DNA of 63,476 bases, the filler included, from Bigelowiella natans CCMP2755 (Eukaryota > Protista > Cercozoa): assembly GCA_000320545.1 (NCBI GenBank). It is 5 parts of 5 records of this genome, joined end to end, with 100 filler letters (N's around TTAATTAATTAA, not from the genome) between each part and the next. Parts side by side here need not be neighbours in the genome. Positions count along the whole stretch, not along the records: positions 1 to 20,279 come from ADNK01001624.1; 4 more parts are not named here. One strand, written 5' to 3'. This document shows, piece after piece, positions 1-12,460 of this stretch; position 1 is the first letter of the stretch, and every line of letters starts with the position of its first letter. Below the pieces are notes generated by a model that saw only the letters and a list, made by a program, of their open reading frames with translations, made no database searches and was not told where the DNA came from. A program made the position numbers and the translations under genes.

Positions 1-230
1 AAGAACGAATGGAAGGACGGATACAGCAGGATGACACGACTTTCCCGTTCCGCGCACGCATATTCCCCACGCAAAGATAATCAACACAGCCTCTGTGCAA
101 AAACCAAAAGCTCAAAATTGAAAAAGGGAAATTTTATATATATATATATATATATATACCGGCACATCGAAGAGAGGGTGGGGGGGGAGTAAGGCAGCAT
201 CAAACATCTTCATACCTTCATCGTACTTAC

Positions 231-688
231 AGCGTCAGGCCAGCCTACTTCCGGCGCCCTCTGGAACGCCTGGTTGTTGTTGTTGTTGTTGTTGACCATC
301 ATTACGATTTACACTGATATTGCTATCATCATCATCATCATGATCATTCATCGCTTTAAGAGCCTGGTGCAGATATCCTCCTCGTTGTATATTAATACGA
401 CTAGTTATGCTGTCCGTGTTAGTTACTGCTATATTAAATGAGATATTATCTCTTGATATTCAAAACCCATTTATGTGCTCGCAGTACGACTACCAATAAA
501 TTACCCCCCCAACCCCCCCCCCCCAATCATCATCACCACAACCACACCAGCATCATTCTAGCGTGTATACCAGGTCAATATCAGCTTTGCTGTCGATGAG
601 GAGCTTCACGGCATCAACCCGCTTGCTGTGAGTTTTAGTATGTGCGCGCGAACACAATTATCTCAATAATATAAACAAATAATATGTG

Positions 689-726
<38 letters not shown>

Positions 727-1057
727 TTCTGCTCTCATAAACCGTGAAAAGACTCTCCGTTCGATAACACTCCTTGTCTACATATCGTAACCCCACCCAC
801 CCCCCCTTCCACAAATTCTGAACCGCGCCAAGTTCCATCCGCCTCGCACGCACTGCGATCTGAGGAGGCTATGTTACTATCCGGTTGCTTACCGATATGC
901 CGCGTAGGTGAGGGCGGTGCGCAGGAATTTGCTTTTTTCGTCGATCCCGCACTTCACGTTCAAAAGCGTCTTCATGCCCTCAATATTTCCTGCGCAGACA
1001 ACCGCATAATGAGTTAGTCGTATGGCAGCAACGATAGCGATGGCGACTCACCCACGG

Positions 1058-1101
<44 letters not shown>

Positions 1102-1939
1102 TGTGTGTGTGTAGTCCTGGCACGTCTATTTTTGTTTTTCCATCTATACAAACGGTATTCTGATGTTCTCGTGTGGCTTTTTCTCTCATTTTCGTGCTGT
1201 CGCGCCGCTCAAAACCTTTCATCGAAGCCCACATCAGGCACGTCTCTTGGAGATTATTCGTTGTCGTAGGACTACATTTGCCTGCGTTGAAAACAAATTA
1301 GTGGGTGTTCACTCTGCATCAGCTTTTATTGTGCGTGTGTGCGTGCGTGGGTGCGCGCGCGTGTTGCACGCGTAACACGCGTAAGCGCGCACTGTTCCCT
1401 ACCTGCTAGCAAAGCAGTGACGGAGTCCGGTTTCTATTTCGTTCGTTAATATGAAAGGTGTTGATTAGTTTGGACACCATACCCCTACTGCTATTTGCAG
1501 TGCTACTATCATTATTAGCCATAATTTGCATCGTCATCATCACCGTCGCTACAAACATCGCTTTAGTAATGGTCCGACGACTCACGTATTCCTCGCCGAG
1601 GAAAGCCCACATGAGCGCTGTAGAGCCTTCGCCGTCCCTAGTCTCTACTATGCTCTGAGCGAGTACAAAAAGCATGCCGATTTGCTGCTGTGACGACGAC
1701 GCCGAGATGATCGGATGGTGATGATGATGATGGTGATGATGATGATGGTGATGATGATGATGAAAGTGCGTGACGACCGCATCGCAACAGTGCATAATAT
1801 GTCGTTGGATCATGCTGATGAGGGTGTGCGTTCGTTCCATGAGAGCATGACGATATTATTCTCGCGCTTTCGTATGAGTGCCGATTTGTTGTAGACGCCG
1901 CTGATGACCCCACTCGCTCGTTTTTGGCGCATTACATTT

Positions 1940-1972
<33 letters not shown>

Positions 1973-2242
1973 TTTTTTTTTATATTATCTCACTTTAGCT
2001 TCAATCAGGGAACGTATGCATGCGACATTGCCTGGGAAATAAAGAGGAGGAGGGAGAGGGAGGGAGGGAGGAGGAGGGGGAGGAGAGAAAAGCCCCGGAG
2101 ACCATGAATTTATATCTTCACAACGCGCATCATCGTGGAACGATTTGTTGTTCATGTTGCCGTGTGTTGCTTTCAATATGTTTGTACACATATATTATAT
2201 TAGATAAATATGTGTATAAATAAATAAATAAATATGTATATG

Positions 2243-2286
<44 letters not shown>

Positions 2287-2565
2287 GCTCTATCTGAAGG
2301 TAGAGTAGCAGCAGAGCGGAGCGGCCTACCTCCTGCTGCTGCCCACATGAGCGCCGTCTCTTGCATGTTGTTCTGCTGATTGACGTCCGCTTTTGCCTCG
2401 AGGAGGACCTACGTACAGCCCGCCGAGGATGAGACATGATTATGGATGGGTGGGGGTAAGATAAAAGGAATCTAAAGCGATGCCGTCGAGCTGTATTTGT
2501 AGATTTGGAACACGTTGAGGCTTGAGATGAATACGAAATGCATTGCTAGAGGCTACATTCGTGAT

Positions 2566-2617
<52 letters not shown>

Positions 2618-3176
2618 GTGATGGTGATGATAATGATGATGCCCCACCTGTAGACAGTCGGGCTTGCCGTAAAGGGCAGAGAGGGCGAGGGGGGTGCATT
2701 GAAGAGTATACTTCTTATTGTTTCGATTGCCTGATAGCGACACGAAACTCCACTCAGTCCCGTCTCACTCTATTGCTCAGATTATACAAGAAAAGATATG
2801 TCGCTGCACACACACTCAATAATTTTCCCTGCGGGCAGGATCGGCTACAGAAAATCCTTCAGAACTCTATCGGAAATATTCGAAAAGCTCCCCAAAATGA
2901 GAAGCCAGCCCCCCCCCCCCCCCCCAACCACCTCCGTCCTCCTCTCCACGTACCTGTCTCCGCTATGTAGCCTGGGTGGGCCTTAGCCTCAATGAGGAGT
3001 TTGGCTACTTCTCCCCGCCCGTGTTGTGAGGCTTTGAGGAGTCCGCAGAAAAGATCACGCTTGGGGACACCTCTTTTTACAATCCTACGCAATTTGCCCG
3101 AAAGCTTTTGCTGCGCCAGCTGAAGGAAGTATTCCCGTCTAGTCTGTGCCATTGATGGTCTAGAAGGTAGCAGCAT
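231..3176 (-). CDS. Ankyrin-repeat protein, multi-exon (probably continues beyond the left edge of the window)
   Basis: Exons joined at GT-AG sites give ankyrin motifs: GLLKASQHGRGEVAKLLIEAKA (about 2960-3176), CTPLALSALYGKPDCLQ (about 2650-2700), VLLEAKADVNQQNNMQETALMWAAAG (about 2330-2408), GNVACIRSLIEAK (about 1995-2032), DGEGSTALMWAFLG (about 1586-1655), LQETCLMWASMKG (about 1155-1280), GNIEGMKTLLNVKCGIDEKSKFLRTALTYAAY (about 893-988), KRVDAVKLLIDSKADID (about 571-627). Exon limits are approximate. Confidence 0.8.
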
Positions 3177-4264
3177 AGTGTCAGGCTTGTTTTTCTATTT
3201 TAGAGGGACAGGGATGGCGGAAGCATGATATTATAATAGCTAGCGCAATGCGAAATGGGAAGGGGCAAGTGCTTGGAAAACATAGGGAAAACCTGAGGCT
3301 ATTGAAGCTTGCGTTCGCGAGTTATTTTGGTAAAAACAGAAGCCTGTCTACCGATGTTAGTATCGTAGACTTCAAGGGTATTCACTTACGCTCTGTGTAG
3401 ATGCCGAGATAGGTCGAAAGGCGAGCGACCGAGAGAGAGAGGGGGGAGCAGGCAAAGAGAGTGAGCACGGGAGGTAGAATCAGAGAGGTGAAACGAAAAA
3501 TGCTTTTCATTTAGGGAAATTTTGGAGCTAGATGGCAACCATAGCATGACAACTCGAGAATAAAACTTTTAAAAAAATGAAATGAAGGCAAATCGCAGCG
3601 GAGTTCGTTTGAGGAAGTGGATGCTGTAAGTTGCGCGCTATAACAGGACACACACGCTTCACATCTCATCCAATCTAATTGAAAATTACCTCGAAAAGCC
3701 GCCAGCTCCCCGTAACTGAACAAAGCAATTGGGGTCCACCCTCGGGGGTGGAACTAGGCGTCAATCAGCTGGTTTGGGCGTGTACACTAAAGCGAGCTCA
3801 GGAAATTTTTAGTCGAGTCAAAGAAATAGAGGGCAAATAATGTAAAATTTAATAAATATTCAAGCCGTAAATTAGAATCCTACGGCATCTTTGAAAGAGA
3901 GTCGTACAGCAAAGGTCTCGTGCTCGCATCGTGTCACGTTCCTACGTGTTCCCACTGCAAAACGGAGCTGCGACCGGCTTTGCGAAGGAAGAATCCTTAA
4001 TTCCAATAAATTCCTAAATTCCATTGTCGTTTTATTTGGATGGAGGCTACGCTTGCAGCAGTATTCAATACTTCTAGTGCGACAATTACTATTTTGATGT
4101 CGCACAGTAATATTACAGGGGTTATGATATAACGCCGAAGAGAAGGACGCTGAACGACGTAAATGCATGATTTTTGGTTTGTACCAAGTTGTCGCAGTGA
4201 GAAATTGCAGGTACTTTTCAGGAAGCTGTCAAAAGTTTGACGTCAATGCGTCGTTTCGCGTTAC

Positions 4265-4330
4265 TGTGGTTCTGGCGCATGTGATTTTGATCAATGCTTC
4301 TTTCATGTTTCATGTTTCATGTTTCATGTT
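4265..4330 (+). repeat. Dispersed ~65-bp repeat, copy 1 (conserved 18-mer followed by a heptamer tandem)
   Basis: TGTGGTTCTGGCGCATGT..TTTGATCAAtGCTTcTTTC followed by (TTCATGT)n. It matches the reverse complement of 46400-46460. Confidence 0.75.
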
Positions 4331-4584
4331 GCTACAAATCGAGTGTACTGAACGAGGTAGTCGCAGAAGCGTTGGCCCCGAACCACACCGGTGTGTTTGT
4401 GGTGACGGAAACGTCTATGAGTAGCATGGACACATCGAAGCTCATGATGATTTGGGCTCCAGCAGTCGTCGTGCTTATGAGTAAGTTGGTTAATTGTCGG
4501 AAGTGATATGAACGAACTCAATCCACATTTATCATATTCATAGGTGGATCTTCGTATCAAGTTGTCCTTCTGGCAGCACTGTAT

Positions 4585-7386
4585 ATGGCAATCTTTACCT
4601 ATTTCGAGGTATTTCTTGTTTTTAAGACACCACACGAACATAATCACGCAAAACACCCTAGCTATACCCTGCGTGCACTGAACATGTGTCCGGTGGAATT
4701 CAATTTTCCCATCTGCCAGGTGCCGTTTGCAGGAGAGAACGAAGAGAATGCACGAAGCCAGAAACGTTCGTCCGACACCTCAGACATGAGCCTACTCACT
4801 AGCTCTTCCGATTCCGACGATAACCCACTAGTGTTTGGTAAAGAGTCCTCTGACATACAGCTCAGGCTAAAGCCACGCATGTCCAGAATCAGCTTGTTGG
4901 AGCACTCGGACTCGGATGAAAGCATAAAAGCCAACAACGAGCCAGCCAAAAAGCGCGTGAGCAACATTGGCCTTTTAGTAAAGAGAAGCTCGCTTCTGAT
5001 GATCGACGAAAAGGAGGAAGAGGAGTTGAAAGCGAGAGACGTCAAATTGCAGAGTGCCCCTCCTATTTTGGGTAATGACGAAATGGAAAAAAACACTGAA
5101 ACTAAAGTTGATGCAAAGCACAACAGACTTTTGCCCAGGAGTCTCTCACGGCTATCGTCTCTTCCGAAGATAGCCAGTAAGCGACCCGAACCTGCAGCAC
5201 CGATGTGCCCGTTGGAACAGGACGAATCGAGAAGCACAGGGAAATCAGAATCTCTATCATTAAACCTTGGGGAATCCCAAGAAGATAGTTTGTCAGTCAG
5301 GAGTCAAGATTCGACTGCATCGAGAGTGAGCATCATGAAGCGTTCCGGTGATCCGAAGCAAGGCATAGAGAGAACAGCGGAAAGTGGTAGGCTAAGAATC
5401 AGACTACCTGCGAAAGATCTCGGATACGATCTGAATATGATTGAGTCCTTCGTTGAGACAATCGAGAAGATGAAGCCCAGCGATCTCGCAACCATGATGC
5501 AATTGCGAGCTAGCTTTCTCCAGTACAAGAAGAAAGTTGAGACCAGTAACACTGCAGGAAAAAAGGCTATTGGGGAAGAGGGTGCTTGCCACAACGATAA
5601 TGGAGATCTGGATGATGTTGACGTGAGTAGCGGAGAGGACGACGCAGAAGAAAACAAAGAGTACGTAATGGCGAAGCATCGGAAAGGGTTCTTTCGGAGG
5701 CTTTTGCACCTTGGCAGTGCGCATAGCGACGACTCCCTCCTCACGTTTAAGAAGTCGCTAATAAAGAAGTCCCTCCTAAAATGCAACCGCGACAAGGACG
5801 ATATAGCCATCCAGACGTTCAAGAATATCATGAGCTTCATGCAGGATAGATCCACTTCCAAGAGTGTCGAGGAGCACGCGCAGAAGCTCGTCAGCGTGGC
5901 GCTACTATCCGAGCAGCAGATTCGTGATGAGATATTCATGCAGATCATCAAGCAGACAAATGGCCACCCAAATATGGATCACTGCCTGCTCGGCTGGAGC
6001 CTCTTGCTCATCTGTCTCGTGAGCTTTCAACCCTCAAAGCACATACATCTCCAACGCTACATCGGGCGCGCGATTCGGGGCCCAAACTCCTCCGCGGCCA
6101 TTAAGGAGAGAGCAAGGCTTGCCAGGAGGATGCTGGACCTCATTGGTGAATACGGCGAGCGCTCGGAGGCCCCCTCTGGCGGGGAGATTCGAGCAATCAT
6201 GCAGATGGAGCTCATTCCAGTGACGGTGCGGATTCCCAGCACCGAGACTAGCCCCAACCGTGCTTCGGTGGAAATCAACGTCGATCCATTCTGGACGGTC
6301 GCAGAGGCGGAGGAGGTGCTTCTCCGCAAGCTCGACATCCACTTCACGCCAGGCTTCGGGCTGTGCCAAGCAAATGACCACCATCAGGAGCCCTTGCTGG
6401 GAGGGCGGCGTGTGATGGATGTTATCTCCTCTTGGCAGGGCAGTCTCTGTGAGGAGTCCTCCCCTCGCTCTCTATCTCCATCTCCGCCCAGAACGCGGAC
6501 GAAGGGGAGGGAGAACACCGTCCATCATCGGCGGGTTATGTCTGTGCCCACCAGCTTGAAAGCAATTCGAAAGCGCTGCTCGCTACGAAGGGTGGGAGGC
6601 AAAGACAGGGCAGGGAGCAGACGAAGTCTAGCCGAACCTTCAAGCGACCGGTATCAATACCTCCTCTTCCAGTCCCAAATCCCAGTCAACATCTCCGGCT
6701 CAACTCGCTCGAGGAGGCTGCTGCGCGATGAAAGGGCTATCGACCTCATGTACTGCCAAGCAATGCGCGACGTCATGCAAGGCCGCGCTGCCCTAGAGAA
6801 GAAGGATCTCATAAAACTAGCTTCCCTGAAGCTATTCATCGATCAGGGTGAGTACGAACCCTCAATTCACGTGCCTGGAAGTCTTGTGAGCGACCTCCAA
6901 AATTACCTCCCCCGCTCAATCTTACCAAAGAATATGGGCAGCAATCAACCAGAGCTGGAGGATTTGGGGGAGCAGATTCTTCACAAGTACAAGAGGCTAG
7001 TCGGTGTGAGGCCTCAGCGAGCGAAGATAAAATACCTCGAGTACGCGGAGAGATCGCCGATGTATGGCACGCAGGTCTTCAGGGTCATGCAAAACAGGCA
7101 GCTCAAATGGCTTCCTGACTTCATCAATCTCGGGGTCTCATCACGCGGCGTCGTGCTGCAAAACCCCGACACGAAGGAGGTGACGAACCAATACACCATG
7201 AAGGAAATAGTAACGTGGGGCCAATCCCCCACGAAGTTCCTCCTTGTCATCGGCGACGTGATCCAGCAGAGAAAGTTTACCTTCAAGACGCCCAAAGGGC
7301 TCGTCATCAAGCGGCTGATCCAGAGCGGAATACAGATCCAGGTCTTCGAGACGATGGATACGCGATCGGTTGCGGAAGGCTACTAA
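4585..7386 (+). CDS. MyTH4-FERM domain protein (myosin-tail-like, no motor domain), single exon; start may be the ATG at 4684
   Basis: 933-aa ORF. MyTH4 signature SLIKKSLLK..AIQTFKNIMSFMQDR..IRDEIFMQIIKQTN..GWSLLLICLVSFQPS. FERM lobes DLMYCQAMRDVMQG..LIKLASLKLFIDQGEY..KYLEYAERSPMYGTQVFRV..LGVSSRGVVL..YTMKEIVTWG. Ser-rich disordered N-terminus. Confidence 0.88.
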   Translation: MAIFTYFEVFLVFKTPHEHNHAKHPSYTLRALNMCPVEFNFPICQVPFAGENEENARSQKRSSDTSDMSLLTSSSDSDDNPLVFGKESSDIQLRLKPRMSRISLLEHSDSDESIKANNEPAKKRVSNIGLLVKRSSLLMIDEKEEEELKARDVKLQSAPPILGNDEMEKNTETKVDAKHNRLLPRSLSRLSSLPKIASKRPEPAAPMCPLEQDESRSTGKSESLSLNLGESQEDSLSVRSQDSTASRVSIMKRSGDPKQGIERTAESGRLRIRLPAKDLGYDLNMIESFVETIEKMKPSDLATMMQLRASFLQYKKKVETSNTAGKKAIGEEGACHNDNGDLDDVDVSSGEDDAEENKEYVMAKHRKGFFRRLLHLGSAHSDDSLLTFKKSLIKKSLLKCNRDKDDIAIQTFKNIMSFMQDRSTSKSVEEHAQKLVSVALLSEQQIRDEIFMQIIKQTNGHPNMDHCLLGWSLLLICLVSFQPSKHIHLQRYIGRAIRGPNSSAAIKERARLARRMLDLIGEYGERSEAPSGGEIRAIMQMELIPVTVRIPSTETSPNRASVEINVDPFWTVAEAEEVLLRKLDIHFTPGFGLCQANDHHQEPLLGGRRVMDVISSWQGSLCEESSPRSLSPSPPRTRTKGRENTVHHRRVMSVPTSLKAIRKRCSLRRVGGKDRAGSRRSLAEPSSDRYQYLLFQSQIPVNISGSTRSRRLLRDERAIDLMYCQAMRDVMQGRAALEKKDLIKLASLKLFIDQGEYEPSIHVPGSLVSDLQNYLPRSILPKNMGSNQPELEDLGEQILHKYKRLVGVRPQRAKIKYLEYAERSPMYGTQVFRVMQNRQLKWLPDFINLGVSSRGVVLQNPDTKEVTNQYTMKEIVTWGQSPTKFLLVIGDVIQQRKFTFKTPKGLVIKRLIQSGIQIQVFETMDTRSVAEGY

Positions 7387-8883
7387 ACTAGCTCAAAGTT
7401 TGGGCTGAGCACGGTGGCTCTGGACACCTCTGTCGCGGCGGAAGCTCTGACGATGGGTCGTCCTCCCAGCCGACGACGCTCAAGAAGTGCGAGTCCCGGC
7501 CGCCCTTCTCGGCTAAGTCGAAGTGGCAGCACAAGTGTCATTAGAGCCAGAGCTAATAGTTAGGCATACCGCTGCTACGCAGTGGTGCAAGTAAGACTCC
7601 CGTTTGCATAATGCGAGTGCATGCACGCGGAGCGCGATGCGCGCAATCTTTGCGGGTAAATAACACGCAAAGGCATAGTATCATTCTTATACGACATACG
7701 TTTTGTACAGCTACGCGGTAGAAAGGCCAACAGCTACGTAGGCCGGAGCGTGTGCAAGTCAAAGCTGCGGACCTTTGAAAGGATACGGCGCGAGCTCCAG
7801 TATGTATGTAATATCACGCTAACTTTTTTTATCATGTCCACATCAATACGCACTTGCGCTAGCAGGTGCCGTTATGTACGAACATGAGCACCGGCGTGAC
7901 TATTGTCGTACAGGTCGAGAAAGTAAAAGCAATTACACGCAACAACGAGCTATGCATAGCATTGTGATTGTTGTGCACTTGCGTGTATACGTGTATTCAT
8001 GTGAAGCAGCGTGGCGAGCGCTACAGCTGTCATGCATGCAGTATACGTGCCGGCTCTATTTAAGCAGATAACCACTTAGTTTATCTAGGTAGCTAGTCAT
8101 TAGTGCATGCTTGTTACACATTACATACGAGATATATGTGCGCAGATATAGCTGCTATATAACAAATGCACGTGTATAACTCATGTGTGGGACACAAGCT
8201 ACGCTGGACGACTTAATTAATGATCGAACACGTCCACCACACACACACACACACACACACGGAAATTTTGGCGCATGCCAGACTTTTAGCATACCCACGC
8301 TAATAGTATCGCGATGCTTCAGCGAACATACATAGATATGCACAATCATTAGTATGTGCCCGCATGCAATACACAGAGGCCGACGCCATTTTCTTCAGCA
8401 AATCCGGCTGCAGCCGATGTGTCTCTTCACTCTACACGTAAGGAAGAGCTGCGAGGCATAGATTTTATTGCACATCCATAATTATAGACAAGCGAGATGA
8501 ATCCATGTTCTGGGTTCGATGGGCGACATTCTCCCTGAAAAACAAAGCGTCGCCAGGGTCCATGCGAACGGTGCAGCCCAACATCTGCGCCACGCAACGA
8601 AGCAAAAAAAAACACAGATTTATACGATTTCGCGACAATCACAGATGGCATGTGCGCATGGATGCACAAGCAAACGCCCCATTCATTACTGATGCATATG
8701 AGCTCAAACCTCGGAGGAATCGCTCTCTCGGAACAAGACCTTCGCTGACCCTGCGGAGCCAACAGAAATGTAAACAGAATGTCAGTGAGGGGAAAGCTTG
8801 ATCCGATCCGAGTTACAAGAAGGAAGCGTGCCGACCCCGATATCGACAAGCCACACAGTGGGAGGACGGCTATTGACCGTTCA

Positions 8884-8926
<43 letters not shown>

Positions 8927-8999
8927 CTCATTTCTTCGTACAAAAATGAAGTCTTTCTTCTTCTTATTCTTCTTCTTCTTCTTCTTTGTCCTCGTGTGC

Positions 9000-9107
9000 A
9001 CTCAGTCCTTCCGACCGAATATAGCCGTGAAGATGGGGAAGGCCTTCGCTCTTTCCACGCGGAGGTTTTCGACTTCATTCCAGAAGTGATTTGGAACCAA
9101 AACCAGA

Positions 9108-9150
<43 letters not shown>

Positions 9151-9493
9151 GAGAGAGAGGGGGGGGGGATGAGACGAAGATAGAAGAAGAGAGCTATATT
9201 ATTGTCTCTCTAGTCTTTCGATCGTTTCCTCTCCAAATTTAGAGTGTTTACCGAGTGATCTCTCGGGTCGCTTCCATGCCCTATTACACCACATTAAAGC
9301 ACGAATACGTCGGAGCATGCACGGGCACAGTTACCAGCTCAGATGAATACATCCATAGGAAGGAGAGAAAGGGGGAGGGGCGGTGTATATGTTGGGCTGA
9401 TCTGTGATGATGCATCACTGAAATCTTGAATGATCTCGCAACTAAGACAGGCTCGCCGCATAACCCAAGGGTTACTGTAAGGATCAGTTTTAT

Positions 9494-9565
<72 letters not shown>

Positions 9566-10896
9566 CACAACGCCCATGTATATATTCAAACTTATATTAT
9601 GCCCACCACACACGAACCATCCTTCCATATCATGATGAAGAGCTTGTGAAATCGGGATCCCCCAAACACATCCCCGACCACATGCCATCCATGATAGCTG
9701 CCTACAGGGCAAAGGCATCATCATGAGAGAGGGGGAGCCGTTGGCACCACTAACCCCCCCGCTTTATGCGAATCAAGGGGGGAGGGGGGGGTGGGGGGGG
9801 GGGGGAAGGTCACGAGAGAAAACGACATCTACACGATGCTCGGGGGGACTTTGTGAAGGTATCGTCTCTCCATTTTCGCGTATTTTTTGTTTGTTGTGAG
9901 ACGCACGAACCCGGAGTAAAACGGGATATTCGCCGCCATCGTGAGGTGGCCTTTCAGCGACGAAATGACGTCGGGAAAGTACGGCCCCCCTGTCAACATC
10001 CACCCCATCAGCATGCTGGCGTGCAAGCAGGCATGCTGGCGTGCAAGCAGGCAAGGAAGGGGCTTGTGTTGGCGCAGGATGAGCAACGACGACGCTTGGG
10101 AGAGGACCATCGAAAACACACAAAAACGGCTCATTTCAGCCGGTTCTGGCAGTCATTTTGCGTGTCACTCGAGTTTATACCCATAACGTATTCCCAGCTC
10201 CCCTTTAGCATGCTCCTGATCGAGACAAAGGAATCTCAGTGAGAAATGGACCCCGCAGATGTAGTGTGCCTCGCCGGGATGGCTCGTCGACGATAGCGAT
10301 CGTTCGTAGGTTGTTCTCATACAAAACTCCGTCATTCGTTTACAAACGGCAAAAGCGAGAATCGCTGCAGCAGGCCACTAGAAATCGGGAGGGGAAAGAG
10401 GATTGATTAGACAGAAGTAGTGGTGTGTACCAAGGATATGGCCACGCGTTGATGGAGATGTACTCCGATCCCATCACCCTCACGTCTCCCCACCTTGTTG
10501 GTTAAAGGGTTTCTGACAGTTGGTTTTCGAGCAGGTGCGCAAACGAAGCAACGAATGCGGAGCGACACCACCACGAGAAGAGTGCATGCAGTTACACGCG
10601 TGGGATTGTTCTCTCCACGATATATCACCTATCCAATTTGAGCTTGGTTGTGATCCCGGATGCCCTGGGGGAAAATGAGCGGCAGAATCAGTTGCGGTAG
10701 CGAAAGACAGACACGGTGCACCATTACTTCCATCCCTGGAAGAGCTCGGAGACGTTGCTCATGACGAAGTGAAAGCGGTTCCATAGAGCCTCCTCATCCA
10801 GAACGCATTCGTCTGGCTCTGTGTTGGTTCGTGAGTGAGCATGGCTTTATAACTTGAGGTGAGGAATCGTAACGGAGCAGCACCATAGGGTAACGT

Positions 10897-10939
<43 letters not shown>

Positions 10940-11224
10940 CATTCACGTCCAAACATCATAACTGTGCATGAGTGCGTTTGTATGTGTGTGTGTAAACAAC
11001 GGAGTTCCGAAGCGCCGCACACATAGCGCACTGATTCATCAATTGTGTCGGCATCGGCGAGAAAATCCTCCAGGCCTGCGACAAAGAACGTAGACCCTCG
11101 TAAACCACAATCATGCGTGCCAGAGAAAGTGGGATGCAACGCACGACCTTCTTCTGATACGAATCCCTTCAAGAGGATGAAGCCGCTCTTTTTGAAATAC
11201 TCTTCGCTCTGAGTAGACGATAAA

Positions 11225-11290
<66 letters not shown>

Positions 11291-11453
11291 CTCATGGCAT
11301 AAAGTTTATATAAAGATTTATCTTAATTGCTATTGCACACTGTTTTCACATAGGTTCAGGCCCATAATTACATGTATAATTACACGTATAATTCAATCGA
11401 TTCTAATTGAACATATCGATTTGTCAATGTCGGTTCATAAAGTACACATGTAT

Positions 11454-11494
<41 letters not shown>

Positions 11495-11843
11495 TACATA
11501 TATCACAGAACCGTGAACAGGCCTTGCTCGCAGTATTCCTGTTTCAGGTGGTCCACCAGGCTGCTATCAATGCGCCGCTGGAGATCGTAGATAAGCCTTC
11601 CGAAAATCAATCATAAACGAGCAATCGAAGGTCTAGTTATTATGATAAGGCCCCTCCCTTCCTCCCTCCCTCCATGAGCATGGATGACATTACGCACAGT
11701 TGCAGGAGGACGGCCACCACAGCCGCGCGAATAACCCAATCATAAATGGAGAATCCGCTAAATCCCTTCGGACCCGATCCCTGATGTATGTCGTCGCCAT
11801 CGTCCGATGACTGAGCGCACATGCCTCCACCCCCTTCCGCCAC
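9000..11843 (-). CDS. Putative PhyH-like (phytanoyl-CoA dioxygenase family) 2OG-Fe(II) oxygenase, multi-exon; boundaries uncertain
   Basis: Exon fragments: an N-terminal hydrophobic stretch WVIRAAVVAVLLQL, EEYFKKSGFILLKGFVSEE/GLEDFLAD (resembles the PhyH N-terminal F.++G++++.+++s.EE motif), GGPYFPDVISSLKGHLTMAANIPFYSGF, GSYHGWHVVGDVFGGSRFHKLFIMIWKD, NLVLVPNHFW. The family call is by eye only. Confidence 0.4.
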
Positions 11844-12261
11844 AGGCGAAGACGTCGGACGGGTGCCAGCAGATAGGATAAAAAAGAGAGGTGAAATTAT
11901 GTCTCTTGCGCCATCGAAAATTCATTGTCGCATGAATAAAATCCCATAGATCGGAGTTGATTATCGAAAGATCACGGGATTTACCCTAGGAATATCCTAA
12001 AAAAACAGACCAAAGTTGTTCCCTGCCGTTTCAACAAGTTGGTTAGAATGGTCGTCAAAATTACAACCCGAAACCGGCTGGGGTTTCCAGGGCGAAACCC
12101 TGTTGATCTAGACTACGTATTACGTGTTCTGCTATGTCGCATGCAGATAATCCCATATATTTATAGTTCCGTCAAAAGAAGTTTGAGAGATACTTAGTTT
12201 GAAATCCCTTGGCAAATGGGCAAGATTTTACGCCAGAACTATCTAGATCCCTGCGAGCACA

Positions 12262-12416
12262 ATGGCGGGCCGCTCCAGCCGGTCGGTCGCGTTGATCGTA
12301 ACCGTGGCTGTGCTGCTTCCTACGACGGGGAACCCTGTCGGAAGCAAGGTTTTACCAGACGGGTACCGCCTCACCCCCGAACGATTCTTCGATGATTTTC
12401 AGGTGCAAAGAAGGAG

Positions 12417-12460
<44 letters not shown>

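Noticed and set aside
1058-1112. Numerous ORFs with CVCV, YIYI, HTHT, ERER or poly-H/D/M runs throughout the window
   Set aside because: These are translations of intronic microsatellites.
10011-10050. Perfect 20-bp tandem duplication GCATGCTGGCGTGCAAGCAG x2
   Set aside because: It is an isolated local duplication in a probable intron with no further structure.
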